Positions 36,754 through 49,902 of a stretch of 64,000 nucleotides of DNA are shown here, one piece after another. Each line of letters starts with the position of its first letter. Positions within the stretch are counted from its first letter, which is position 1. A program made the position numbers and the translations under genes. Below the pieces are notes generated by a model. The model had not been told where the DNA came from. It saw only the letters and a program-made list of their open reading frames with translations, and did no database searches. The DNA is taken from NCBI GenBank assembly GCA_010015585.1, contig ML975152.1, one strand, 5' to 3'. The DNA comes from Eremomyces bilateralis CBS 781.70. Taxonomy: Eukaryota.

Positions 36754-37444
36754 ATGGAGCATCAATCCGACGTTAAGCTCCCCCGGATTGTAATCACATA
36801 CTGCACGCAATGCCGCTGGATGCTACGAGCCGGTTATGTAGGTCAGCCAAATGCACGACTAAGGTATCCCATCTCTGACGACCTCAGTTTGCCCAAGAGC
36901 TCTTAACAACGTTCCAAACCACAATTGGCGAAATTTCTCTGGTGCCTGCCATGGGAGGGTTATTCACTGTTGAACTGGTCAGTTTCAGATTTAGCCTCCG
37001 TGGCGAGGCTCAGCTAGCATCGCTGGACCATGCGAATACGAGAGATGCTTACCGGAGGAGCAGACATATCTCCCTTCCTCGAAAGTCAACAATGATAATA
37101 TACCTTCAGATGCCCCAAGGAAAGTACTGATATGGGATCGCAAATCGGAAGGCGGCTTTCCTGGTTCGTTCTCGCGATCTGTCACGATCTTCCCATTGAA
37201 CCTGCATATATTGAAGGGTTTGCCTAACTGAGCTTCTCCAGAGACTAAAGTCCTAAAGCAACTGGTCAGGAACCATATCGACCCGGACAAGAACCTAGGC
37301 CATTCGGACAAGAAGGGTCACTCGGCCAAAAGTACTGAGTCTACTAGCACTGGCACGACAGCAGACACAGGCGCCACTAAGCCCAGTGACGACGTAAAAG
37401 ACACCGGTTCGAGTGGACAGAAGGATTGTGAAGATTGCAGATGA
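36754..37444 (+). CDS. Rdx-family (SelW/SelT/SelH-like) thioredoxin-fold protein, Cys form; 3 introns
   Basis: PRIVITYCTQCRWMLRAGY|FAQELLTTF..GEISLVP..GGLF.V; IWDRKSEGGFP|ETKVLKQLVRNHIDPDKNLGHSD; ends KDCEDCR*. Confidence 0.9.
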
Positions 37445-37948
37445 GGATCACGATTTTAGTTCGGTCGATTGTGGGTGGGACGGTCGATGTGAGATGGTCT
37501 CCCTTCAGAGCCCCTGATGTGCAGCATGGACGGTGGGGCATCTGTGGAGGGAACGAGACTGGATCAGATTTCCGTCTCGATAAACTAACTGCCTATGACT
37601 TTTTAATCCTGTACAAAGAATGTAGCTTATGAAATCCGATCAGGGAACGATATGCCAAAGGAAGGGGGGTATCTTGAACAATCTTAGCATCCAACCGTAG
37701 TTCGATCAGCCCTTGGATTATCCGTACCAAACTCCAAATGAGGGACGAAAGCAGGTCTGCCAGAGACCTGGTGGACTTTATTGAGCCACATATAGTAGCC
37801 ATATTAACATGGCAAAGGAACGACGTTTCCCGTTCCGTCAACGGAGTGTCCGCGTTCGCCTGGTAGCCAAGCCTGGCAGCATAAGAAAATAACCATGAGA
37901 CGCCATCGATAAGCCAAGTTTCGGCATCGTAGATGTCAATTTTTGCGG

Positions 37949-40868
37949 TTAGCCCCGTGCCTCTGCGCTCGCCTTTAACGCGTCGAAGATATCAATGCTA
38001 CGCGGGTGACGGACCCTTGGTTGACCACCAAGTGATACTGATCGACGGATAATGATCGGCACGTGCTTCGCTCTAATGCCATCCGACCACTGCACACGAT
38101 TGTTTCCGCGGTCCCTCCACCCCTCACCTCCACTCACAGTTCCAGGACGCTCCATACTTTCTACGCTGCCCGCTGAATCGGATCTTGATACCCCGCCACT
38201 GCTCCAAACCGGAGTATCAACGGTCCCAATGGAACTGCCACTAGGAGTGGCGGGAGCGAGCTCAATCACGGCCATGGATTCAGTAATGAGGAAACTCTCA
38301 AGATCTTGTGTCCCAAATGTGGGTGTGCGGGGTTTGACGAGGAGTGGCAGACCATCTTCCCGAGTGGAGGAAGAATGGGGGTGGAGATGAAGGGGGGAGG
38401 CCTTTCGACGGACAGACTTGGCGCCTTGGACCTCAGGGTGGTCTGTCCCTTCTTGGGAGGTCTCAGCATCCATAGTTGGCCCAGATATCTGGATATCGGC
38501 CGCAGGAGCTGAAGCTGGGTCGTTCAATGGGGCCAGGTCAGGCGCGCTGCCTGACGGCTCAGAGACGATAGCGGGATTTAATCCATTTCCGTAGCCGTGT
38601 ACGATAATCTCGCAGAAAGCTGGATGAGTGGGCTTCGCCGCTACGACGCTCCCACGGCGTGACGAGAATGGAGAGAGTGCCTTGATAGAGCGGATCGAGG
38701 AGCTGCGGAGGATATCCCTAGCGGATGTTGCGCTGCTGGGTCGACTCTTACCGGAATCCACGTTTGTGTTGATGCGAAGGGGAGCGGGTATTTCGACGTC
38801 TTGGATGACACCATTGCTCTGGTTCCTGAAGTTGAAGTAGTCAGTCTCGCAGTCCGGATGGATGGACAGCGTTGGCGAAGCAGACCTGGGTGGCTCCTCC
38901 TGGAAAAGGACCTCGGGTGTGGGGGGTTGGCTTCCAGTGCCGTTGCGCAGCTCGTCGGCCATCACCAGGCTAGGGTTCTTCTCGTCTTCCCACGGTGGAA
39001 CGCCCGCAAGTGGGCAACAAAGCGGATACGCGGAATCTTCCGTGTTTCGAACTGCATCTGGTGCCCCAATCACGGACACCAGCATTTGTAGCACCGCATA
39101 TACCACAATCCACCGCACTTTTCGTGCGTCGACCACCGAGACCTTTTCGTCTGTCCCGAGCTCGCAGTCGGACTCAAAAGAAGCGTATGCCCGTACCAAT
39201 GGAGCCTCGGTGACGCTGGCGTCGCCGCAGTTTGTTGCCTTACGTAGCGCCGCTTGGACTGCCCGTACCCTGGTGTTTCGTGCTTGTTTGGTCCCAATTC
39301 TGAGGCTCTGCAAGGCGCGCTGTGACTGCGAACGCACAGGGGCATCATTTAGCTCAGGAAGCAAAGGAAGGGGATGACGAAGGGTTGTATGGTGGTGCCG
39401 CTTGTCGAAGGCGCGGACATTCTGTAGAACGCAAATACCACCATTGGCAGGCTTATCAATAATAAGGTCGTTGGTCGAATCCAAATCGACGAGGTAGTCA
39501 TGTAGATTCGCAAAATCGAAGTAAATCGAGCGGTAGAGCGCCTTTGGAAAGGATGTATTCTCCACAGGAGGCCAGTAGCCGAACTTTTCGACGTAAAATT
39601 GATAGAGGAAGGACCGAAAGCGATCGAGGTGAGCCCGCGCACCGTTGGAAAGACCGAGATAGGTGCTAGAAAGTTCATCTTCAAGAAAAGTTCGTAGGGC
39701 GCTCTGAATTCGGGTGAGGTGCACGTCCATTTCAAGGTATGCGCGCGTGACGAGGGCCTTGGTGACGTGGGATATTGGGTGGAATTCCGGGGAGATGTCG
39801 AGATTCTCATTCATGCCGACACAGTGAGCGAAGGCCTCGATATAGAGGTGGGATATCTGGTGTCGCTCGGCGAAGAAGAGGGCCGCGAGAGCATGATCCG
39901 GACAATTGACAAAATCGAAATAGCCTAGACCCTCAAGATATTCCAAGAAATCCACTTGGTTATTCGGATGCCCGGTTCGGTACAGCTTAACGCGCTCGTA
40001 GAGTGCAGCGGCCGTGTTGCCCAAGCGAATGCCGACCAACGGCCTTCCAAATAAGAAGGCAAAGAAATTGCGGGTGGTGATGTGCCAGAGTAATGCGTCT
40101 GTTCGCATCGAATCCTCAGGGGCGGGGATATATATCTCATAGATCTCCCTCTCCCGCAGGGGATTCATCGCTGTTGCATCTTTCACTAACTGGGCGGGAC
40201 AAATGGTGAGCAATGAGTCACATTGTGAATCTTGCAGAGCACGCAGGGGGATACAGAAAGAAGGGCCTCGCCGGGAGTGTCCCTTAGCATAGAGATAGAT
40301 CAGGCAATTGCCCTTAGGAAACCATAATTCTGAGTCCTAGTCGATATTAGCATGAGCGGAAGAGACTGATGCTGGGAAGGGTGAGAAGGTTGGAAGTCGT
40401 AATGCTTACCTTCCTCAATCCATCCCAAGAACATGCTGTCTTCGAAATTCCGTCCCACCGACGCACTTCGTCTTTCTTTGTGGGGTTCAGGGCTCCTGTA
40501 AGTAGAGGTTTTCGCCTGCTGATTCCCATATAGACGCTCCGGTTCATTCTCCTCGAGTTGGGCCCTCTCTCAATCGATTCCCTCAGCTGAGGGTCCATCA
40601 TATCTAGAAGCTGCTTCCTTGTGGGACTTGGGGCACGTGTTGTAGGTGCCGAAAGGGACATCGGCACAGCGAACAACTTCGTGCCCGAGGGCATGCTGCC
40701 CCCACAGTATGAGTCCCTTCGCGTGGCTTTCCCTGGTTTCTGCGAAGACATCGTCGTCTCAAGCGAAGGGAACCAAGAAAACCGGTTGGCGTTGTTCCAT
40801 GATTTCGAAGAGGTCCTGCCCGGTACTCGAATATTCGGCGGCTCGAGCCGATCATCTCCAACCGCCAT
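37949..40868 (-). CDS. Conserved filamentous-fungal protein of unknown function (DUF8004-like); intron about 40339-40409
   Basis: RRWDG....CSWDGLRK|DSELWFPKGNCLIYLY..G.SRRGPSF, WHITTRNFFAFLFGRPLVG, AFAHCVGM and AHLDRFRSFL..FY..KFGYWPP, followed by a long disordered tail. The start could be 41027. Confidence 0.75.
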
Positions 40869-43800
40869 GATGTAAGGATAATTCGGAGATTTTACCCTGC
40901 TGCTGCCTCGAGTCCAGTTCCAACTGATTGTATTCCCTTCAAGGGCGGATGAGACCAGCTCGATCTGGCAGATTGGTGATATATAAGATCCTGACTTGCA
41001 GGGAAACTGTGGAGGTCTCCGTTCCACAGCAATCGCCGCTGAATTGAAAGATCTTGCTCAAACAAGTATTTGTATTTTGTAAGGTTCATGAAAGAACTAG
41101 AAATGAAGACGTAAGAGGGAATATAAGTGGGTAGACAGCAAAGGCGTCGATCTGTATTTTGTCCTGGCGTCTGCTACAACATGCAGTGGCTTCTCAACCA
41201 CAAAGAAGACCATCGAAGCATGACAACATCAAGGATCAAGGAGCTGCAAGAAGCTCAACAGGGTGCAGATTGATGCAGATGCACAACTGTCCAGCGCTGA
41301 AAAGTGAAAAGACTCTCGTCTTGTCCATCAGGGTCTGAGCGCCCAGCTAGAGGCGAAGTGAGAGGCGCGTTCGGACGCGATGATTCGAGAGCCGCGCGTG
41401 GATCGCTGGCTGGTTTGGGTTGGCGCGATAACGCGGCGAGTACCTGGATTTTACATTTTTACAGGCCCTCTAACCAAGGATATGGTTGCTCTCTCGTCTC
41501 CATTGTCCTCTTCTCTCCGGATCTTGGGGATGAGCTCGAATGGAAAGCGTCCCGCAATGCCGCAGCGTCACGTACTGCAAAACACCAAACCAACAGACGA
41601 AGATCCGTGGAGACGTGTCACCTAGCGTACGTCAGCCCCCCCATCTCGCAAGGTCAGTTGCCAGCAATTGTCCTTGTGTACCAGAGCGGTTTTCGTATCT
41701 CAATTCTGGATTCGAATAGTGGAGTCTAGAGCAGCTGGTTTGAGGAGACGTCAACAACTCAACATGAACCCTTGACAGATCACAGCTAGCTTCGGCCCTG
41801 TTCCCTGCAACCCTCTGTCATTCGGGATTCCTGGACACTCAAAATTCAGATACAGGCATGGCATCAATCACCCTAGAGATTATGAGCCTCGTTTGGTAGG
41901 TATTTGCTTTCAGTATTCGCTGGGAGCTGGCAGGAGAGTCTGGAGAATGCACCAGATCTCGGTGTCCCCACCACAATGTCCGCGATTTACACCACTAGGA
42001 TAGCAAGCAACAATTTCTGAATTCTCTCCTCACCATGACACGGTAGGATTCCAAAGTCTCTCCACTTGGGCTGCTCGATAGTCACTGCACTAACATAGTA
42101 CTGATAGCTCCCCCACAATGTTGATCATGCTTGAGACGATTGCAGCTGCAGGAAATGGATTCTGAGCCTGTGCGACGATGCACCGCTGGCTACCCCAGCA
42201 TTCATCTTCCAGCGACCGTGAGCTGGCCAGGTCAAGATCCTTTGCTAAGTCCAGGTCCGAGGTGATCATGTGAGGTTGTTGTAGCGGGCAAAAGAGAAAG
42301 CTTCTGGGTGTTGCTTCTCATCTTTTACCTGAGCCCGTTTACAAAGAGCCGAATCGGAACGAAACTGAAACGGCTGATAAAAGCCAATGTGGACGCCCGG
42401 GACGGGACGTATGGCTATGATTCGCCTTGACATCTCTCTCTTCAGTCAGCACCCAGCAGCTTCATCATACGTAAGCTTCTCTAGCATCAGCGAATTGGCA
42501 TGCCAAAAGGGAACAGGCGCCTGATTTATCCCACGATCGGAAAATGGATTAGAGGTGATGGTTGAAATGGAGTGCAGTCGGATATGTAGTGTAGATCTCG
42601 GGAGAGTGGTGGGGGTCCGGCACTGGTCAAGAGTCGCCGGGTCCCGAAGAATGGGACGACGGGAAGATGGCACATCACGCATCGATTTGAGGTTTCTTTC
42701 ACCACACCAAACTGGACTCGTTGATAGACTCGAACATCGTCCTGGATGGAAATTTCTGGTAACCCCAGCCTCACCATGAAGGTATTACGTGTACGCCATC
42801 CCTAAGGAAGAACTCGGTTCAAACATCATCCGGCTCTGTCCTCGACCTGAATTCCGATAGGTAGCGAGTGGATCTTATGAACGGAAGCGACTCAAGGCTC
42901 TCACTCCCAGAGATTCGGCACTGAGGTTGCACAAAATCCGTCTTTATCGGAAGTGTCACCACAGATCTGGTGATACCTACAGAGGACGCACCGGTCGGGA
43001 TAAGAGGACACGGTTATGATTTATGATACAAGTGGACGGTGAGAAGAGGGACTTCATGGTTGGATGTTGGGTTCCACTGGCGGGACTGAATTATCTGCAT
43101 TTATTTGCTTCTTATTCTTCGTCTCTCTCTTCTCGTCTCGCTTTTGCCTATCCTACATCCCCGTCGGCAAGCGCCGTTGTGATTTCCAGTCTAGCACTCT
43201 ACTTTTCGACCCAGCAACGCACACTCCTTGTGAAGTTTTCGAAGTTGACAGGAAATCTAAGCACACTCTCCCGTTCGATGGTCGCGGGATGGGGATCGAA
43301 TCTCTAATCGTCTAGTCTTCAGTTGAGTTAGACGAGTCCACAACGCTCCTGCTGTGCGAAGACTTGGTCATGACCACAACATCCCGCCACATAACTCGAC
43401 CCGTCCAACGCTATAGAAAATCTCACTGGCCCACCTCCACGATTCCTCCCGCCGAATCCTGGATCTGCTCCACCATCGCTGGCCACTGAATCGGAACTGG
43501 AACGTCCAATAGATAGAGCACCATGTACCCAACGCTAGACAACCGATGACGGATGCCGACGCTCGAAAACATGTCGGCGAGAGAGGAACGGTACGGCGAT
43601 TTCGCTGACGCATCCAAGAGAGAGTGGGAGACGATGGTGAACCGCATGGTGGAGGTGGGAGGTATCGCTCTGTTCGAGGGTACATTGTCACCCAGCGTGG
43701 AAACTCGATTTTCATCAATCGATGCATCATGTTATATGTATGCTTGTTAGATCAGTTGAATGGCCTGGTTGTGGAGCCATTATGTAGATGGTCAATTCAC

Positions 43801-44799
43801 ATTCCAGCGCGTTCCTTGGAACGCGTGGGCGCTGAAATTGCAACAGAATGTCAGTCCCATTCTTGCTAGGAGATCTTGCGGTCAGGAACAGCCCTTATCA
43901 TTCCAGGTGCCAGATATTCAGAAAAAGTTTGAAATTCTTTCTTGCATGTCCTACCATATCTCATCTTCTATACACAATGGGTGATGAGCCGAGCATCTCT
44001 CAACCGTGAGCTGTACCGATCTCTACTCTACGCATTTCCCCTTGCACCAGAGGCACAAGTCCGGCAACAAGGTCTGACTGCACGATTGTCCTGACACGTT
44101 CCATTTTCTGTTATATCCTCCAGTATTTCCTGGTCCGAGACATGCCGGTGCCTTTATTTCTTACCACGACATTACCTGAAGGATGCCTCGTGATACAGAT
44201 GCATCCAATTTAGCGCGCCAGGATCGGACTTCTCGCATACGCATTGATTCAACCTCCTGTTACACCTCTCCGCCATCATCATTTGCACCGCTCACCAGTT
44301 CCAGCCGTTGTCCAAGCTGTCTCTCCATCGAATCATCGATGTGTCTATATAATATTCCTTTCCGCCACGTGTGGCTTGATCCTACGAACTACCAGGTCAT
44401 CAATCACCCGCACTTGGATCGATAGAAGCCGGTTGGTGTGCCTCGCCACATATATGATATGGATTAGGAGGTCTCCACCACTTCGCGATGCTTTAGCCTA
44501 CAGTATACTGGTGATTCGAGGTAAACAACGGACTGAAATCGGATTCCGCTACTGCATTCTGACGGTGTCACCCGCTCCATCTACACCGCGGATTGTGGGA
44601 TATAAGGGGTCCTAGAGAGACACGGGCAAGATCCTGCCTCGATGGTCAGTATCATCGGATGGATAGGAGCTGGCAATGATGCCGGACTCTAGAGATGAGA
44701 TGGATCAGTTGATGGGAGTGTGTCCTTGAGTGCAAGCGGTCGAGCCTTCCTAGTGAGCTTTGTCTACTTCCTCGGCCCCTAAGGTATTGAACCCAATCG

Positions 44800-44807
44800 T
44801 ATATAAG
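44800..44807 (+). promoter_or_regulatory. Putative TATA box for the GH64 gene
   Basis: TATATAAG about 190 bp upstream of the ATG at 44998. Confidence 0.4.
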
Positions 44808-44997
44808 TAAGGTATGGTTTTGCAGCCAGAGTTTATACTCGTGTCGCTGATCATTCTCACGAAATCTACTCAGAGTCTTTACCCCTTCATATTTGCTTAG
44901 TGTATCCCATACTTGATTTATATGCTTCTCCTCCTGGATTGGATCTAGTCGATTAGCTTTGGATCACACAGGCCTTGTCCTTTTCAAACATTTGGCA

Positions 44998-46152
44998 ATG
45001 GCGTCACTCAATATCGCCCTCTGCAACAATTCGTCATCCCCTATCGTCTTTGCGTATATCACCGGCCGCGCTATTGACAGGGACAACGCAGTCTTCCTAC
45101 TCCAATCCGACGGCAAGACCGCCTACTATCCCAAATCGCCATCTTCCAACGGCAGCAAGCTCGCAGCCGACTGCGCCATCCGTCTTGGCGGCCCCGGCGC
45201 TTCCCGAACCGTGACGATTCCCCATCTGGCAGGAGCACGCATCTGGTTCTCCCTCGACCAGCCCCTAACCTTCCTCCTGAACCCCGGCCCAGGCCTCGTC
45301 GAGCCCTCCGCCACCAACCCCTCCGACCCCAACATCCACCTCGCCTGGGGCTTCTGCGAGTTCACCTGGAACGATGCCCAGATGTTCGCGAACATCTCAT
45401 CCGTCGACTTCGTAAGTCTCCCCATCGCGCTGGAGCTCGAGTCCACCGCCGGGACGGTCCAGCGCATCGGCGGCCTCTATCCGAACGCCCTGGCACGCGT
45501 CTGCGAGGCGCTGCGGGAACAGAGTCGCCGCGAGGGAAATCCGCGCTGGTCGTCACTCATTTTCCGCGCCAATGGCCGCGATGTGCGCGCGCTGTCGCCG
45601 AACAACGGACATGTCATGAACCCGAAGCTCTTCGCCGGATTCTACGACCCGTATGTGTCCCGCGTGTGGGAGCACTATCGCAACAAGGACCTCGCCGTCG
45701 ACACGCAGGCGGTATGGGGGATTGTCTCCGGCCGGGTCGTGAACGATCAACTCCGGATCGCGGGGCAGTCATTCGATCGACCCAGCACCAAGGACATCTT
45801 CAGCTGTAGCGACGGGCCGTTCGGTGGACCATTACACGGGGTACGGGCGGCGCTGGTTCCACGCATCGCGGCCGCGTTCAATCGGTCCACGTTGATGAAC
45901 AACGATGGGTTGGAACCTAGCCGGAAGGGGACGAGGAGTTACTATTCTGGGGGGATCACCAACCATTATGCGCGGATCGTGCATGAGAACGAAACGGATG
46001 GAAGGGGGTATGCGTTTCCGTATGATGATGTGAACCCGACGGGAGGAGTCGATCGGTCCGGGTCGGTGTCCGATGGGTCTCCGAGACTGTTGACGGTAAC
46101 GGTTAGGGGTAGTGGATCCGGGAAGTTGGCAGCGATACCTGGAAAGCTGTGA
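44998..46152 (+). CDS. GH64 beta-1,3-glucanase, intronless, no signal peptide
   Basis: AYITG, AGARIWFS, GLVEPS.TNPSDPN, WGFCEFTWN...FANISSVDFVSLP, LSPN, AAAFNRSTL, TNHYARIVH and GYAFPYDDV are typical of GH64. Confidence 0.92.
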   Translation: MASLNIALCNNSSSPIVFAYITGRAIDRDNAVFLLQSDGKTAYYPKSPSSNGSKLAADCAIRLGGPGASRTVTIPHLAGARIWFSLDQPLTFLLNPGPGLVEPSATNPSDPNIHLAWGFCEFTWNDAQMFANISSVDFVSLPIALELESTAGTVQRIGGLYPNALARVCEALREQSRREGNPRWSSLIFRANGRDVRALSPNNGHVMNPKLFAGFYDPYVSRVWEHYRNKDLAVDTQAVWGIVSGRVVNDQLRIAGQSFDRPSTKDIFSCSDGPFGGPLHGVRAALVPRIAAAFNRSTLMNNDGLEPSRKGTRSYYSGGITNHYARIVHENETDGRGYAFPYDDVNPTGGVDRSGSVSDGSPRLLTVTVRGSGSGKLAAIPGKL

Positions 46153-46715
46153 TGATGATATGAATGTAAGTCATATTCTTGTGGTGCCTTTGAAGTCCAT
46201 TGGAGGAACAGAATGGCTCGTTCAGTTGGATGATCTCCTTGGACCTTGAACTATTTTGATATACGGTACGCTCGCTCAATGTATGACCATGTAATATGCC
46301 AGTGGCACTTCTCATTTATGTGTTCTCATCTGAATGATATCAGATATGTTTATCTTTCTCCGTTCATTCGGTGCGTGTTGGTATAGCGCCAACCCCGTCC
46401 ACTAGACAATTCGACTCCTCGATGCAGGGTTGTCGTCGTCGTGAACCGGGAAAGGATGCGGAACCGCCAGGATTTCGCGGTTCGACCAGTGGAGCTTAGA
46501 CTGTTTGGTTGTGATCCGCCACCAACGAATGAAAAGAGTGGAAATGCGGAAATGCCATCTCCCCCACCAAAATCCTGCACTCGACTGTTCCCGTCACGGA
46601 ACTTTATCACTTTCGTCTCCAACTCCTCTTCTCGACATCTTATTCCTATCAATTGCTCATTTAACTTCCCTCTTACCACTTATTCGATTGACCCAAATGC
46701 ATTCTTTCCCCCGCC

Positions 46716-47646
46716 ATGAACACCCCAGCCTCGACTTCGCCGCCGAAAGGCATCATCAGATCGCATAAACGCACCCATTCCAACATCTCCATCGCCAGCT
46801 CTCCCCGCAAGGAGCAGTTCCCCCGGCCCATCCTCCGTCGCCGCATCCTCTCCCCTCCAACCGACTCCGAAACCGACTCCGAAACCGACGCCTCCTCCCT
46901 CCCCTCCCCCTCCATGTCCAGCGAGCCCTCCACCTCCGCAGAGTCAGCATCGCTATCGACCGGGAAAGACTCGTCCCATGGAACGCACATCACCGATGTC
47001 GACTCGAGCAGTGGGCTGACCGACTCCGCTTCCGAGAGCCCGTCGGAAACGGACTATGAGGAGTTCGAAAAAGCGCCGAAACCCGCGCCCGCGAAAAAGT
47101 GGTTGGACGGAACCCTCAGCGATAGCTTGAGTGACAGCGACAGCGACACCGACTCGGACAGCGGGAGCGACGAAAGCTCCGTAATCTCCGTGGTCCCTCG
47201 CGATCGCAGACCGCGAATGCGACTCGACGAGGCGGCACTGGCGGCCGGCGATTCCGGACAGGTCGTCCCGCTCTCCGTGCGGCTCCGAGAATTCCTGCCG
47301 CAGCTGGCGGCAGCGAACCAGGCGCTAGAGACAGACCGGAAGGCCGGGAATGTGTCGGCGCTGTCCATGGAGAGTGACTTCGAGGACGGGGTGCAGTATA
47401 TCGAAATGGTAAGTCGAGAACGTATCGTGGAATTTTCCGTGGGTGTTAACCGCTGGGCAGGATCTCGGACTGGGAGTTCTGGAGGAACGGGATCCCGACA
47501 TGACGAGCAGTAGTAGCGAGAGCAGCGACGACGAGGATGACGTGGCCGACGATGCGCCGACCGAGCCGCGATACAAGGAGAATGCGATGGAGAAGTTGAT
47601 GGGACAAAAGCCGGCGGCTGCCGGACCCAAGATCGAAGAAGTTTGA
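46716..47646 (+). CDS. NOPCHAP1/DUF4598-like protein (putative box C/D snoRNP assembly chaperone); intron 47409-47460
   Basis: Ser/Asp-rich N-terminus, RLREFLPQLAAANQALE, QYIEM|DLGLGVLEE and a C-terminal PKIEEV. Confidence 0.75.
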
Positions 47647-48055
47647 ACTTGATGAGATACGATTCACGACGCTTTCCTATTTTAAAAGACTGTTCAAGAG
47701 GATCGCTTCCTCGATCTAACTCATGATCATGTACTACTTGGGACTCCATGTTGGGAGTCACGGGTGGTCGTCCTGTCCTTCCATGGTTTGGATGTTGCAA
47801 TGGCGGTGTCACATCAGGAGGTTCTCACGTTGAAAGATACCCCAGCGTTCATTTGGGTGGTTCGTTTGAATGCCGCTAATTAGTAAATCCATTTTCCTGT
47901 TCTCTCGTCGACAATGAAGAGTCTATTGCACGGTCTTAACTTTGTACAATTACAGGCCCAGCCGGTCCTTCACCAACGCAGAAACCGATTTTTCCGGTAG
48001 TAGCCTCGAACTCCATGAACGATGCAGAAAATCCACGATCGGCGATAGGGCCGCT

Positions 48056-49902
48056 CTATGATATCTCCATGACTTTACATTGCCATCCCGACTCCTTGGC
48101 GAGTAAGGGTAAACTAGGACGACGTTAGCATGAAGGATCGAGGATCACCACGACGGAAGAGACACATACCTAGCACCTAGACACCATCCCAATTCCTTCC
48201 CCTTCACCTTCTTCGCAATGCGCACCTCCCGGTCAATGGGCATCTCGTATCCCGAATGCAGCAGCGCGACCATGAAGTTCAAATCCAGACAAAACTCTGG
48301 CTTCTTCTTCAACTCCTTCACCGCGTCCTCCACCGCGTAGAACACGTCCCACTCGCTCTCCCCATGGCACACCCGCTCCGTCACCTCCTTCAGCTCGCGG
48401 ATGCTGAAGTTCTCCGGCATGCCCAGCACGCGCGTGCGGTCGTAGAAGTACGAGAACAAGTAGATGTCCTCCGTCGCGAACGTCTCCTCTAGCGACGGCT
48501 GGTACACCCCCTTGAACGCGCACGGCATCAGCTTGCACTCCGCTTCTTTCTCGAGCGTCGCCTCGGCGATCGCGCGGCATTGCGCAGGCGCACCGGCGTG
48601 CGGGCCCTTCATCGTGACGTTCTTCTTCTCGCCGTAGGGCTGCTCGAAGTCCAGCGCCACCTCGACGATCTCCTCCATGCCGGGGGCGATGCAGGGGTTG
48701 ATGATCGGACTGGCCAGCCATGTGTGGTCCTCGCCGTTCTTCGCGTGGACGGAGCTGATGACCGCTTGGTGGATGTTGCCGCGTGCCGCCATGAGCCCGT
48801 ATCCCAGGTACGAGTGTTGATATAGCAGGTATTCGTGCCCGCCAAAATTCAGGCTGTACTTGTGGTCGCCTTCGGGGAGGGTGTCGGAGACGTTGAACGT
48901 CGGTTCGAACACAATCTGCGTCGACCCGCCGCCCAGATCGAAGACGGCGGCGGTGGAATGTTTCGCGGGTCCGCCGATCCTACCGAGGAGATAATTGACC
49001 GTGATCCATGCGAATACGCCCTCGTCCTCGCCCGGCATTACTTCCACTCCGCCATTGTCCTTGGAGACCACCGGGAAGGGATATTTCGATTCCAACCGCG
49101 TGCGAACCTCCTCGAGAATCTGGTCGCTCATCTCCTCGCCTAGCTTCCGCAAACCCGCAGTTGCCTTGACAGAAATCGGTGTGCATGGCTTGAGTTTGTC
49201 TGGGACGTTTTTCATCGCCACCTCCATCAAGACGTCCAAACTCGCCGCCGCCGCGTCGGCATTGGGTGCGTGGGAACTGAGACCCGAGCCGCCTTTGCGC
49301 GGCTCCGTCTGCTCGAAAATTTCATCCTCGAGTTCCGGCGTCTCGTTGCAGTTGTTGAATCGGTAGACGTGGATTCGGGATCCGGTGCTACCGGCGTCGA
49401 TCATCAGTGCATACTGGACGATGGGCTTCTGCGGAGAGGAGGATTTCGTGCATTTTGAAGTGCCCACGGAGGGATCTGAGGCCACGTCTCCTTGCTGCCC
49501 GTGGAAAGGCGCATGATCTATAAACGACAAGTCAGTCCTGATTCTGTACAACAGCTCTCTATTCCATTCTCGGGTCTCCGAACCTTCCACATATTTCCCA
49601 ACCCTGTGCCTCTCACTCGGGGCCAGGAAGAAGAATATGGCGATAATGAACGTGACCAGGCCTAAGGCCTTCACGAGCCGGGTCCGCTGCCCTGCGTTCA
49701 TCCACGCGGTCCGACCTCCGTCCTTGCTATGCATACGGCCTGAGATGTGACGATCCGGCTTCTCGTACGGGTCGGTCAAGTCGAAATGGCTGGTGGTGTT
49801 GCGTGTCGGCAGCGACACGGAAACGCGGCGTCGAGGCGTCGAGGAGAATCCAAAATATGACCAGATGCCAGAGCGTTTGCCCACGTCGACGCCGCTGGAC
49901 AT
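48056..49902 (-). CDS. GDA1: Golgi guanosine diphosphatase (GDA1/CD39 NTPDase); introns 49518-49583 and about 48114-48169
   Basis: N-terminal TM. Apyrase conserved regions IDAGSTGSRIHVY, KATAGLR, EGVFAWITVNYL, DLGGGSTQ and GWCLGA. The last exon is LPLLAKESGWQCKVMEIS*. Confidence 0.95.

Noticed and set aside
36754..37444. True selenoprotein with Sec recoding
   Set aside because: The motif is CxxC with Cys codons and there is no in-frame TGA.
43368..43750. Short ORFs in the 41-45 kb gap
   Set aside because: No frame gives recognisable motifs or a coherent splice model.
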